Source: a virus (lineage: Duplodnaviria; Caudoviricetes). Taken from it: DNA of 61,316 nt. Positions within the stretch are counted from its first letter, which is position 1. Every line of letters starts with the position of its first letter. Shown here one piece after another: positions 35,985 through 47,529 of the stretch. The position numbers were made by a program, and so were the translations under genes. The notes below the pieces were generated by a model. That model had not been told where the DNA came from, did not search any database, and worked only from the letters and a program-made list of their open reading frames with translations. The stretch is from positions 1 through 61,316 of the IMG/VR virus record IMGVR_UViG_3300050119_000050; one strand, given 5' to 3'.

Positions 35985-37769
35985 GCAAGAGCACCATCAC
36001 GGCCAACGTCTTCACGGCGTGCGTGTCGCCTCCGGTCGCCCGGCGCTCGATCTCATTGACGTGCTCAACTATCAGTTCGCGGAGAGACGCCATTTTAGAC
36101 CTCTTCTGCGATGAACTCGTTGTGGAATGGAAGACCGCAGCGCTCGCAGCGGCCGAAACACATCATCATGATGTCGGGGAGTTCTGCACCCGCGTCGAGC
36201 ACTTGCACGACATTCCCATCAGGCATCACCACCTGATGGTAGCTCACGGCACACTGGCACGTGAGCAGCTTGTCGTCGCTCGATAGGGGCTCACTCATTG
36301 GGCCTCGTCTCGAAACACGATGGTTGTGCGGGGCCCTCGACCTCGGTCTCGTTTTCGGCTTTGCGCCAGACGTCGATCTCGGCTTCAGTCATGGGCCGGA
36401 TATTGTCGAGCGGACAGCCCTTGATCGTGAGCGTGGTGACCTCGGCCGCGAGCGGGAGTAATGGCTTGTCCATGTTCTCCTCGGCGACCAGAGCGGTCCA
36501 CTTCGAAACAAGGTCGGCGTCGTCGGACGTGCTCATCCGCGAAACAGTGACGAGGTATAGCTGCTTGAGTTTTTCATCGGGCATGTCGTTCAATCCTTTG
36601 TGAGATGCGGAAGCCATGTTCTTTTCGTTTGCGTGCGGCCGGTTGCTTCGCGAGATTGCGAAGGGCCTTCCGCTGTTTCTTGTTGAGCTTGATCACGATC
36701 TAAACCCTGCAACGATCTCGGAGACGCGACCGCCGTCGACACCAAACTTGAGACCGATCTCCCGATACAGAAGGTCGTCGGGATTTGCAATAGCGAGCGC
36801 GTAGATTTCCTGCTTCATGGAAGCAGTAATTGTTTTGCTCTTCGCGCGAGCGCGCCGCGCGTAGGGCCGTCGATAGAGTTCGCCGACCAGCACATCGATC
36901 CGGTCCGCTGCGATCTCCGGGTCAAGGGTCCACGTGCGAAGCTCGGCGGCTATCACGGACAAATCCGTTCTGACTTCTGGAATGCGCATCAAAATCTCCC
37001 ATCGTCAGCACGGGGCCAGCGATAGCCGCCCTTCTCCAGAGCGTCGAGCACGGCCTCGCGTGCGGCCTTCGCTCCGTTGTCTCGCTTGCCCTTGAGGAGG
37101 GCTTCGAGCGCGAGCAGGATCGCTTTTTCACTATCCGAGTGGGCCATAGATCACCTTGGGTGGGTTCGCCTTGAGCGCTACGGTGCGCGCCTGTCGTTCG
37201 GTGACGACGGCGGAGACGCCTGTCCTGCCCGCCAGCGTGCGGGCCAGCAGCGCCCGGGGCGTGGCCTTGCGACCACTCGGACCAGACCCGGACATGCGGC
37301 CAGTGCCACCGCGCTTGCCCTTGATGATAAGCGGCTGGCCGGACCGGATCATTCCGGGCGTTGCGAACACTGGGGCTCTGGCGTGCATTACATTAGCTCC
37401 TCAAATTCATCGAATGGTTTGTCCAGCCCGAACTCTTTGAACCGTTGTCGGGCCGTATCGATATCGCTCACGCAGTAGGCGTTGTCAATACAGAAAAGCA
37501 AAAACTTGACCTCGCTCGGCAGAGCTTCGATCAGCGCGCGACAGCGCGCTCGCTCTTCCTGCATGAGAACTGAGATATCACCCATGACGTAAGACTGACC
37601 GGACGAACCACGCACACGGCGCAGTAATGAGCAGCCAGCGCCATTCGCCGGACCATATGGCGACGCCGAGCGACGCGGGGATAGCAGCCGTCACGACCAT
37701 CATCGTGTACTTTCCGAGGGCGTACCAGCGCCGGATGGTCTTCTTCTCTTCTGCAGTGAGTTCACGCAT
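35902..37769 (-). other. Series of small hypothetical ORFs; 36693-36992 has an HTH-like segment
   Basis: Coupled ORFs; YREIGLKFGVDGGRVSEIV. Confidence 0.5.
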
Positions 37770-38350
37770 CAGAAGCTCCTATGTGCCCAGACTTTCCACG
37801 CCTGCACCATGCAGTCATAGATCGGTTCGTGCGGCACGCCTGCGATGTTGAGCGTGTCATCGCTGCGCAGAAGCCGCGTCGGCGGCGTCTCGCGACAATA
37901 GGTGCGCATGTCGCGCGGCTTTTGGTAGTGCCAGAGTTCTTTCTGTCCTAACGGGCCCAACTGCTCGTTGAGCGTCTCCAGATTGGACAGATCGAACTGT
38001 GTGCCGTTGGCCCAGACGCGGCTGGCGGTCGCGCAAAATTCCTTGACCCAGCGCATGGTGCTCGGCAGATCGACGCGCTCGCCGTGATATCCGACCCAAT
38101 GCGCGCTCGCATCCTCGCTCTGGTCGCGCCAGAATTTCTGTGTGCTCGTCGAGACCTCGCGGCCCAAGAGCAGTTGTCGATTGATGTCCGGCAGCAGCAG
38201 CATCTGCCCACCGAAGCGCGGCCCCTCGATTGGATCGGGATCGAACTCGACCATGCCGATGGACAGGATCAGCGCGTTGTGCTTGCTAAGCGACAACGTT
38301 TCGATATCGATCATGACGTGATCGCACGGCTCATCTAAAGCTCTCACCAT
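37769..38350 (-). CDS. DEDDh 3'-5' exo(ribo)nuclease (RNase AS / DUF5051-like)
   Basis: MIDIETL, VWANGTQFD, RDMRT, HEPIYDC. Confidence 0.85.
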   Translation of the reverse strand: MVRALDEPCDHVMIDIETLSLSKHNALILSIGMVEFDPDPIEGPRFGGQMLLLPDINRQLLLGREVSTSTQKFWRDQSEDASAHWVGYHGERVDLPSTMRWVKEFCATASRVWANGTQFDLSNLETLNEQLGPLGQKELWHYQKPRDMRTYCRETPPTRLLRSDDTLNIAGVPHEPIYDCMVQAWKVWAHRSF

Positions 38351-38436
38351 GAGAAGCGCTCCAGCATTGTATCAGAACGGGATGTCATCGTCAGTCTCCA
38401 GTGTTGGGCGCTGATGAAACTCAGCGCGTTTGCGAA

Positions 38437-40378
38437 CTATTTGTCGACGCTCTCGGTCCGGTTGTTAGTTGGCTTGCGATGCCCGTCGACCTTCTCGACC
38501 TTGTATCCATGTAGCAGAGCGGTTGTCAACCACTTTCGCGCAACCTCTTTGTTCTTAAATTCGACGCCGACGTGGTCCTTGACAATCCAGTCGTATCGCA
38601 TCGGGCACGGCAGACACTTCGGCGGCCGGACGTCGTGATTGATCTGGAAACGAAATGGTGGATCAGTGAACCATAGCAGCTTGTCCGCGATGATCATCGC
38701 GACGCGGCGATCACTGTCAGCCGACGTCACCGCGAGCAATTGCTCTGTGGGTGTCTTCTTCATTTGATCTCTCGCATCGTCGGATCGCCGTCGACGCCTG
38801 TCGCAATGGCATAGCCATCGCCAGCACCAACCTTGCGAGTATCCCAGCCCTCACGGATGCCTCGCGCCACGGTGCGCAGACCATGAGCCGCTGCCTCGGT
38901 ATCTTTCGCGGCGCGCTCGACACTCGGTATGACGCTCTTCTTCCGGCCTAACCACCCGTAGTTGAACGTGCCATCGATCCGAAACTTGGCTGCGCTGCGC
39001 TCCCATCGGCCAGCTAAGTCTTCAGCGAGCAGGGCACAACGCTCGCGCTCATCGGCGAGCATGGCATTGATTTCATCCTCAGTCAGGTTTGCCATCACCG
39101 ATCCCCTCGTTGTGGGCAAAGCAGTCAAAACATTTGTCGCCTTTGCTGCCGAGCACGTGATCGCCACAGCGTTTGGCCTCGGCCTTTGGCGGCGGGAGTT
39201 TTTCCACCGCTGCCTCGAAGCGCTGAAGCCAATCGTCCATGAACGTGCGAAGCCTGTCGACTGAGCAATCGATGGTCATCGCGGCTCGCGACATTTCCTC
39301 GCTCGCTGCGCGCATGGTGCGCGCCGCGTTGCTCACTGTCTCGGCTCCGTCGAGATGAATGCTGTCACCGAAAGCCATCAATCCATCTCCGCCTTGTATC
39401 TGTCGGGCAGTTCGGCCCGGGCTGCGACGATGGCACGGTCAATCGCGAACTTCAAGTCCGGAAGCTCGGTATGACGAATGCCATAAAGACGATTGCGGTC
39501 GCGCTCAGCATAGCTCTCGCGCTCACCATAGAAAATCTCGATCCACACTGGGTATCCACCCTCGGCGACCGTGACCTCGAAGTTGTTGGCTTTGATGGTC
39601 TTCACGACACATTCTCCGTCCACCAGTTCGCGAGCTTGCGAGCCTGTTCGTCATCGCTCTCGACCTCATCGTGCGTGACACGGCAGCCGATGCTGCGCGC
39701 GTACTGCAAGAAGTCGGTGTATAATTTCTCGGCTCGCCATGCTTGCTGGCGCAGCCCTATGATGCTCACCCGCACGTCCTGACCTCCAACTCATAGTTGA
39801 TGGTGCACAATGGCGTCGCGCTGACGAACTCGTAGTCACAGCGCGCCGGATATTTGTGATCGAACGCCACTCGGGCCATTGCGTAGGTCGGCGCGATGAT
39901 GTGAACGGTCCGCTGCACGCGCGCTTCTGTTTGCCATTCAACAGTGCCGCTCTCATGCCGCGTGTATTGCGTCGAGCCGTAGACGACCTCCCAGACAATC
40001 CGTTCACCGCCGCTGTTGCTTTCAAGTTCGCTCATTTGTCCATCCTCATTAGGAGCCAGATGATAAAGCCGCTCGCAATCCCGCCGCCGATCCATCCCAG
40101 ACAGAACGTGTTGATCGCGCCGTCAATGCATCTTGAGCGCTCGATAAACGCGGCACCGAAGGCGAGCATGATCATTTGCCCATACTCACTGTGACATCTC
40201 TGAAGCGCGCGACATTGACATAGCCCACCACTGGCAACTCGGCAAGCGTGAGGTAGTGCGGATAGCCCGGCGTTGGGTTCGGCAGCACGCGATAGATCGA
40301 GTGCAGCTTTCCAAAGTCAATCTCCGGGTGCACCGACGAATGATACTCGTCGATGCAAATCACATAACGATCCGTCAT
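38437..40378 (-). other. Series of small hypothetical ORFs
   Basis: Coupled ORFs at 38437-38763, 38760-39167, 39079-39381, 39378-39623, 39766-40095, 40172-40378. Confidence 0.5.
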
Positions 40379-40636
40379 TTGAACAGGTCCTTCCCATGGA
40401 TCAGGTCGCCGCCGTGGATCACGACGAACTCGTCGAGCCCGGCCGCGTAGGCATAGGTTTCGATATGCGCGTTGAGCCCACTGTCACCGATGTGGTAGTG
40501 ACCGAACACCACGACACGATCACCCGGTCTTATAGTCGAGCACGTTGTTGATGTCGCGTTTAAGCTTCGCGACCTCCTCGGCGATGTCGCGCCGCTCTTT
40601 CTTACGTCGGCCTTGGCGATACTTTGCTTTGCTCAT
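40375..40636 (-). pseudogene. Small ORF split by a 1-nt insertion near 40524
   Basis: 262 nt (3n+1); MSKAKY...DYKTG joins DRVVVFGHYH...KDLFK, restoring coupling at both ends. Confidence 0.6.
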
Positions 40637-41034
40637 AGGTCCAGTCCTGAGAACCGATTGTCTTCTGCCGATCTAACGGGCTCGGTCGGCTCTGTCAATA
40701 GGTTCTTGGTGATCTCGTCGATAGTGTCGGTGACCGTGGTTAATCGTGCCATGGTGGAGTTGCGCTTGCGCTCGGCCTCGGCGAACAGCAGGACCTCCTC
40801 ACGCGTGAAGTTGCGCCGCTTTATGATCTCTCGCATGTCGTCGGTCGTGAACTCTCTCGGCTGTCCCGTAGCGCTGCGCTCCGATGCAGTCACGCGAACC
40901 TCATAGGCAAACTTCGCGATGATCTCGGCCTCGCGCTTGGTCAGGTTCATGATGCCGAGCGACCACGCGCAATCAGGGTTGTCTCTGGTGGGCGTTTGGT
41001 ATTCGTGGACTTCGACGCGTTTCATCTCACTCAC
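40633..41034 (-). CDS. Hypothetical protein ending NRFSGLDL
   Basis: Coupled ORF; C-terminal motif. Confidence 0.65.
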   Translation of the reverse strand: MSEMKRVEVHEYQTPTRDNPDCAWSLGIMNLTKREAEIIAKFAYEVRVTASERSATGQPREFTTDDMREIIKRRNFTREEVLLFAEAERKRNSTMARLTTVTDTIDEITKNLLTEPTEPVRSAEDNRFSGLDL

Positions 41035-41299
41035 TTCCGGTTTTGAGCGAGCCGGGTATCTTAGCTAAATACCTCGCGCGCAGCCGCATCGCCTCATCGT
41101 AGTTTGTGCCCTCGCCCGCCAGCGTCAGGTGCGCCGTGCTCACCGGCATTCCCAAGAAGTCACCGCGCGTGATCAGTGCGATGTCGCCATCACTGTAAGC
41201 CATCTCGCCGATCAGGGTGAACTGCTCGGGCGCGAATGGCTTGATCTCGCAGATCACTTCGTCGCCGATCTCGATAGGTCTCTCGTTGCGGTCTTTCAT
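41027..41299 (-). CDS. Hypothetical protein
   Basis: MKDRNERPIEIGDEV N-terminus; coupled. Confidence 0.6.
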   Translation of the reverse strand: MKDRNERPIEIGDEVICEIKPFAPEQFTLIGEMAYSDGDIALITRGDFLGMPVSTAHLTLAGEGTNYDEAMRLRARYLAKIPGSLKTGSE

Positions 41300-41583
41300 A
41301 GGTCCAGTCCTGAGAAGCGGTTTCCATATTCGGTCGGCGACAGGACGTCGCCCGTTCTAGCCTGCTCCAGCTTGATCACGAAGTCAATCAATGCTCGCGC
41401 CTCTTCCACCGTGACACCCTCGAAGCCGACCGCGACGGCATCTGGGCCAAGCCGCCCCGGTAGCAGGAACGCCGTCGTCTTGATCAAATTCGGGTTTATC
41501 GTCGAAGCCATCTCTGCCTCTTTCAACGCGGCGGCGAGCTTTGCACCTAGGTTTAGACCGTTCATTTTTCTCAACTCTCTCAC
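41296..41583 (-). CDS. Hypothetical protein ending NRFSGLDL
   Basis: First ORF of the leftward arm. Confidence 0.6.
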   Translation of the reverse strand: MRELRKMNGLNLGAKLAAALKEAEMASTINPNLIKTTAFLLPGRLGPDAVAVGFEGVTVEEARALIDFVIKLEQARTGDVLSPTEYGNRFSGLDL

Positions 41584-41749
41584 TGGGCCGCTTGCACGGG
41601 CCCGGCCGGTGGGGTGGTTTCCCAGTCCCCTTGGGGGCTCGGGTCAAACTCTAAACTCGGGCTCGCCCCGGCCCCTTTTGGGACTGGGGTGCCGGTGGTT
41701 TTGGCATGCCGTTTTTAAGCAGTCAAGAGGGGTCTTCTCATTGAACTTT

Positions 41750-41787
41750 CTCGGTCCGAGAAATTGGGGCTCGGTCCGAGAAATTGG
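41750..41787. repeat. Two direct copies of 18-bp CTCGGTCCGAGAAATTGG
   Basis: 41750-41767 and 41770-41787. Confidence 0.9.
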
Positions 41788-42203
41788 AGGCTCGCGGGCT
41801 CGGCCGCTTGGCATTTGTCTAAATCACAACCGTGTAACCTCGAAGGTCTTCTCGGACCTCTTCTCGGCAAGGGGTCAGCTAACCCATTGATTTCTTCTAT
41901 TTCTCGGCTTCTCACATCTTTTCTAATACACATACAGCACAAGGGGTATAGTAGTGACGGGGGGTGGTGGGGAGGAGAGTTTATAGTATATGGCGTGTTC
42001 TGGGGGACGATTTCATTTCATGTGAGAAGCCGAGAAATGGGTCGGATTTTCGGGTCGGAATACCACTCCGTTTTGTGGGGTATGGCTTGCCTCCGCACGA
42101 CCATGCTTCGCAGCCCTCACAAAGGGTGCTGGCAAGGCATTGCACATACAGTGGATATTGACTAATGGATCGCGCTATCACAGACAACCTAGCAGGGCAA
42201 AGC

Positions 42204-42487
42204 ATTAGTTTAGGTTAATTGATTTCAAGGCCGCGTTAACCTTAATAGTTTAGATTTATTGCATATGAGGGCCCTATTAACCTTAATTCTTAACCATTTG
42301 ACCACTATGGAGCGGCCATTAACCCTACTTATTAAGGTTAATCAGAGGGTTAGGTGCAGTATGCATGGGTGGATGTGGATGTCAACACTACTATACTACC
42401 TATGCCTATTAACCTTAACTATTAAGGTTAATGACACTATGGTATCGTAGTAGTGTTGTGGCATTAACGTTAATAATTAAGGTTAAT
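42204..42487. repeat. Array of ATTAACCTTAA-N3-TTAAGGTTAAT palindromes (origin or terminus candidate)
   Basis: Full copies at 42318-42342, 42408-42432 and 42463-42487, plus half-sites. Confidence 0.8.
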
Positions 42488-42745
42488 GCGCGATCACGCT
42501 TGACCACTACCGATAGATGGTGCATGGTAGGATGGCGCGAGATACGGGGTAGGCACCCCAAATCGCGACCATATGGCAGGTGCAATGTGCCCTAGCCTGC
42601 ACGCTTTCGACCCGTTTTGAGCTAAATTCCGAAAAATAAAAATCCCTAATTCCGGAAAATGTTTCCCTGACCCACAATTTAGGCTTGACACGACCGCCGC
42701 GATCCATTAGGGAACCGGACCACGCCCTCTCCTACGGAGCGACAG

Positions 42746-45700
42746 ATGTCCACACGTTTAATCGCCGAGCACGTCGGCCCGGAAGCCGCACACCGCGTCC
42801 TCACGGAGACCCATCGACAGTTCGAAGACCTCGGCCTGCAGCCGCGTCATGCGCGCCGCCTCCGTGAGCTTCAACTCGACCGCATCCGCGAGACGCACGT
42901 CATCGTCGGCGATCATCCGCCGGAGCCACGGCGCAATCTTGATCCGTGCGACTGCAACGACGGCTCGACCGTCGCGCAGTGCAAAGGCGCGGCGTGCAAA
43001 TCTCACAACCGATGTTGCTGGCAATGAATAACATCCAGAAGGGATGGGCGTTGAACGCGCTCGGTGTCGCGTTCGGGTCAGGGCTTGTGTTCAACCATCT
43101 CGTCGTGTTCGCTCTCGCGGCAGCCTGCTGCGGAGCGGCGATGATGTGCTTCTATAAAGGTGACCCGCAATGACCGAACCAACCTACGACCCGGTCGCCA
43201 AACGATGGAGCGACGACGCGCCGATCACCGACGCGGAGAAGCACGCCTACTGTCGACGGCGCTGGAACCATGACGCGGTCTTTCTGTCGCCAGTCGTCTA
43301 CGAAGCGGCCCGGCGCGCGGACTTCGACATGCGCACCTTCGTGATCAACCAGCCGATCCCGGTCGATGGCGGCACAGTGACTGGCACCATCATGACCGCC
43401 GAGAAAATGAAATCGCAGTATGCGAAGGGCCCTGCGCACTCAACCTTCGGACCGTCGAGCTTTCTGCGCTGGAACGATTGTCCGGGAGCAACCAAGAAGG
43501 ATGAGCCAGATGGCGGGAAGACCTCTTAGTCCAAATCGCGAGCTTGCGCTGCTCATGGGCGACAAGACCTATCACGGATCGCTGCACGCGAAGTGCGGCA
43601 CCAACGAGCGCTACGTCACGGGCGGCGGCTGCGTGCACTGTGCGCGCCTGATCGCGACCGAGCAGCGCGACGCGAGGAAGTTTCTGAAAGAGCATGCGGC
43701 CGAGCAGGCCAACGAGAAAATTCGAGAACAGGACGGCGTCACCCTTGACAGCGTCCCAACGAATGGCTTATCAGCATTCGAACAGTCCATCGAAGACGAC
43801 CTCATGTGATGGTTGTCTAACCACGAAAGGCGTGATGCCATGCGACCGACCGACGAACTCGATATCAAGCTTGCTGCCAACCGGGTGCGCTCTCCGAGAT
43901 ACCCGACGATTGCTGAAGTGCTCGCGCACCGCGAGCGCCGTCGCGCCATACTCTCCGCAAGATTTCTCCTCGCGATGTTCGTGATCTTTTTGGTCGCGGC
44001 TCCGTTCGTGGACGGCTACGGGTTCATGTTGCTCGGCGCAGCGATTTTCTTCGCGGGCTTCGTGATCAACTGCCTTGTCATCGGCAACAGCCACAACACC
44101 GGAGGGAGCAATGCCGATCCGTTCTGACAAAGAGGTCAACGACATCGCCAGCATTCGCATCCTGCTTGAGCAACGCAAACGCGAGCGCGAATATCGTGAT
44201 CAGGCGCGGTTCACCATCGCCGCGTTCATGGTGATCGCTGCCATCGTTATGTTGGCCGCGCTATGAACGAGGACGAAAAATTCGATCTGGTGGCCAAACA
44301 ACTGCGGATCGCAGACCGCAATCGTCGCATTTCGCGGCGGCTCGAAGAGCGGCGACATCGGCGTGCCCAGAGGAATGCCTTCGGTGTCATCGCATTTATC
44401 ACGCTCGCATCCGCTGTGGGCCTGCTCATCACGCTACTGTTCGCTGGAGGATCACCATGATCAACCCGTGGAAGCTGATGGCCGACTGGCTCGTCTGGTA
44501 TAGCGTCTTCGAATGCGTGGGCCATTCGCTCCCCGCCATCTTCAGCGGTCAAGTTTACGGCCCGGGTGCGTTCGTCGCCGGGGCCATCATGATCTCTGCC
44601 GCTCTGTTTGGGGAGTTTTATTTCCGTGAAGTGTGATATCTGTCGAGACACGAAGTCCATCACTCTGCCGGTCCATCGCGACCTGACCATCGAAGACATG
44701 GTCGGTGACTACGCGATCCCGGTCAAGGCCGGTGAGATGACGCGTTCATTCCCGTGCCCGAACTGCGCGAAGCTGGTGCCGTTCGAGCGCGTCCGCGCGA
44801 TGCGTGCGATGACGAAGATCGACTTCGAGACCTTCGGCAAACTCCAGAACCCAACCGAGCGCGGCCTCGCGCAACAGTTCGGCGCGTACCTTCACAAGGA
44901 AGGCCTCCTACGATTTGACAACGACAGCCTGACCACCAAAGAGGATCGTGTCACGGTCCGTGCGATGCTCAACATCGTGCTCCCGGAGAACGCGGAAGGC
45001 GTTGAAGCGCTCGTCGCCGAAGTCGAGCAGCCGCCGATCCCGGGCAGAATTTTGCGCGAGATGAGACAGCGTGCGAGCCGTGGGGAAGTCGTGTCCGGAT
45101 ACAACCCGGAAACGACGACGCGGTACGATCCGGAAGTGCTGCTGGGCAGGCCGACCACGTGGAAGCCGCGTGCCTTCATCCCGGAGGCCGAACTGCCCGC
45201 GCCCAAGACCAAACGTGAGACGATGAAAGAAGCCGCCGCGCAACGCAATGGCATCTCCAACCGTTTCTCCGGTATCGACTTCGATGGAGACGATCTGTTA
45301 TGAGTGGTCCGCCGGACAGCGAACACTATGAACTCCGTCAGCAGTTGCGGCGGCTCTCGGCACAGCACCGCGACGTGTTGGTGCCGTCGCGCGCCCTGAT
45401 CAAGCTGGTCGACTACATCGACAAGCTGGAGGAAGGCGCGTATAGCGCGTGGGAAGATCACATGGGAGAGGACCTATGAGGACGCTACCGGAGACCATCG
45501 CGTATCTGCGCGACATGATCGCAAACGAGAGCGTCTCGATCATGCTGATCGAGAGCGCAGAGCTTACTGCGCTGTGCGACGCGGCGGAAGCTGGGCGGCG
45601 GCCTGCGCACCCTGACGATCCGGGGTTCACCGAATGAGCCACGTCTACGAAACAGCCGCTGTCCGCATTCTGGATTGGCTTCATCACGCCGAGCGCGACC

Positions 45701-47451
45701 TCACGGGTAAGGCCGTGTTAACCTTCAATGGAGAAGCTGGCACCGTTCGCGCGATCCAGCTTGACGAGCACCATGGGCTGTGCTTTACGATTGACGAACC
45801 AAATATCCAAGGTCACGGTCGGCGCTACTATCCAGTGTCGACGATCAAGCAACTGGAGCCATGCGATGTCAAAAGTGAGAGCGATATCGACACGTCCGAT
45901 TAGCGCGCCGCGCACCATCAACGGCGACGTCAGTGACCTGTTCTTCAACACCGAACTCGACAGCGCTCGCGTCTACGATCATCGCGGTCACTTCACCGGG
46001 TGGGACGCGACGCGGCTGGAGCAAGAGGCGATGCAGTTTCTCGCCAGCCTCGGCCGCCTCGGCGTCGACACTCCGACCGTCGACGACCTGATCGCCGACT
46101 TCCACGGGCGGGCGTGATGCCCACTCACACCTTTCACAAGGCCGATGCCATCATCGACCGCATGAACGCCGCCTACTGGGCGGAGTACGAGCGCTGGGTA
46201 TGGCGACGCAAGATCAACCGTAAGGACGGCTTCGAGCTTGTCCGCAACTCATCGCCGAACAACGACATCGTCTCCGACGAGTACAACGAGATCACGAACC
46301 TGACCAAGCGCGAGTGCAAGGACAGCTATAGCGCAGATGAATGGTATCAGACGTATGCGAGACGCGCTGCGATGCGCGCCGCTCTGGGAGAACTGTGATG
46401 CTGCTGCTCCGTGCTCGCACGAAGCCGGATGACGGCGTCGTGTTCGTCATCTGGCCACGCTGGACACCAGACGGCTGGGTCGCTTTCGAACGCGTGCTAC
46501 GAACTTGGAACGGCGGCTGGGGCTGGGGCTCCAGCGGCTTCTATACCTACGAACGATTGGCCTACTACAAATGATCATCACCATGTTCGTCACGCTATGC
46601 CACATGGGCTCGGTCGCTCCGGGATTGCCGCCGGTCGAGCTTTGTGAAGAACAACCTGTTGCGACGCGCGACGTCGAAGCGACGACGCGCCGCGACAAGC
46701 TCGAAGCGATCAACGCGTGCTTCGCTGCGATACAGCCGGAGATCGCGCCGCGCATCAAGCCCGGCTTCACGTTCCAGAGCGGGCGCTGCATCGAAGGCAA
46801 CGAGAAACCAAGGGGATCAATATGAGCCGTGAACATGATGACGTGTTAGCCGCTGCCGCTCGCCGCGCCGGGCCGCCAACGCCGCGCAATGCGCCGCCGC
46901 AGACGCACGGTGACAAGGCGCTGACGTTCGGCAACTCTGATCTTTACGACGCACGCAACGCGGCGTGGAAGAAGTATCACGGCGAGCAGTGCGCCGATTG
47001 GACGCCCGCTGCCGAGCACTACGAGAAGGATGGCTTCTTCGCCGGATGGGACGCGTGTCAGCAAGCGATGACCATAAAGGAAGTTGACAAATGAGCACTG
47101 AGATGATCTTAGGTGGGTGCATGCTCGCCGTTCTGATCGGCGGGATCATCGCATACTTGAGGATGCCGTCGTGAACGAAACACAGATGAGGACATGGGCC
47201 GTGTGCTTGACGCCGCTGCTCATCCTCGCGGTCCGGAGCTTTGTCGTCTGATGGATTTGAACAGCGCCATGGAAGTCGCCCAGTCCGGCGCGAGTGTAGT
47301 CGAGCCCTCGCTGATGCGCGAGGGCTGGACCGTGCGCTGGGACGCCAAGGAAAAGCTGTTCTACTATTTCAATCCGCTCGGCGAGCGGGCGCACAAGATC
47401 ATGTTCAATGATGCGCACCGCGCGTCATATCAATGGAGCATTGTGACATAA
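42746..47451 (+). other. Block of about 20 small coupled hypothetical genes, several with TM helices
   Basis: TTGACA promoter at 42685; ATGA overlaps; includes 43510-43809 (Cys/His-rich, ends IEDDLM). Confidence 0.6.
44626..45303 (+). CDS. Zn-ribbon hypothetical protein ending NRFSGIDFDGDDLL
   Basis: CDIC...CPNC; GGGGAG RBS. Confidence 0.65.
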   Translation: MKCDICRDTKSITLPVHRDLTIEDMVGDYAIPVKAGEMTRSFPCPNCAKLVPFERVRAMRAMTKIDFETFGKLQNPTERGLAQQFGAYLHKEGLLRFDNDSLTTKEDRVTVRAMLNIVLPENAEGVEALVAEVEQPPIPGRILREMRQRASRGEVVSGYNPETTTRYDPEVLLGRPTTWKPRAFIPEAELPAPKTKRETMKEAAAQRNGISNRFSGIDFDGDDLL

Positions 47452-47529
47452 GCGCAGGCATACGGTTTGCTGCCGACGTACCGCCCGCTCCCGAAGTTTG
47501 ACAGCAGTATCATCAAAAGGAAATAGGTC

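Noticed and set aside
42204-42487. CRISPR array or canonical CtrA array
   Set aside because: Spacing is irregular, no cas operon is present, and the TTAA spacing is N9 or N3 rather than N7.
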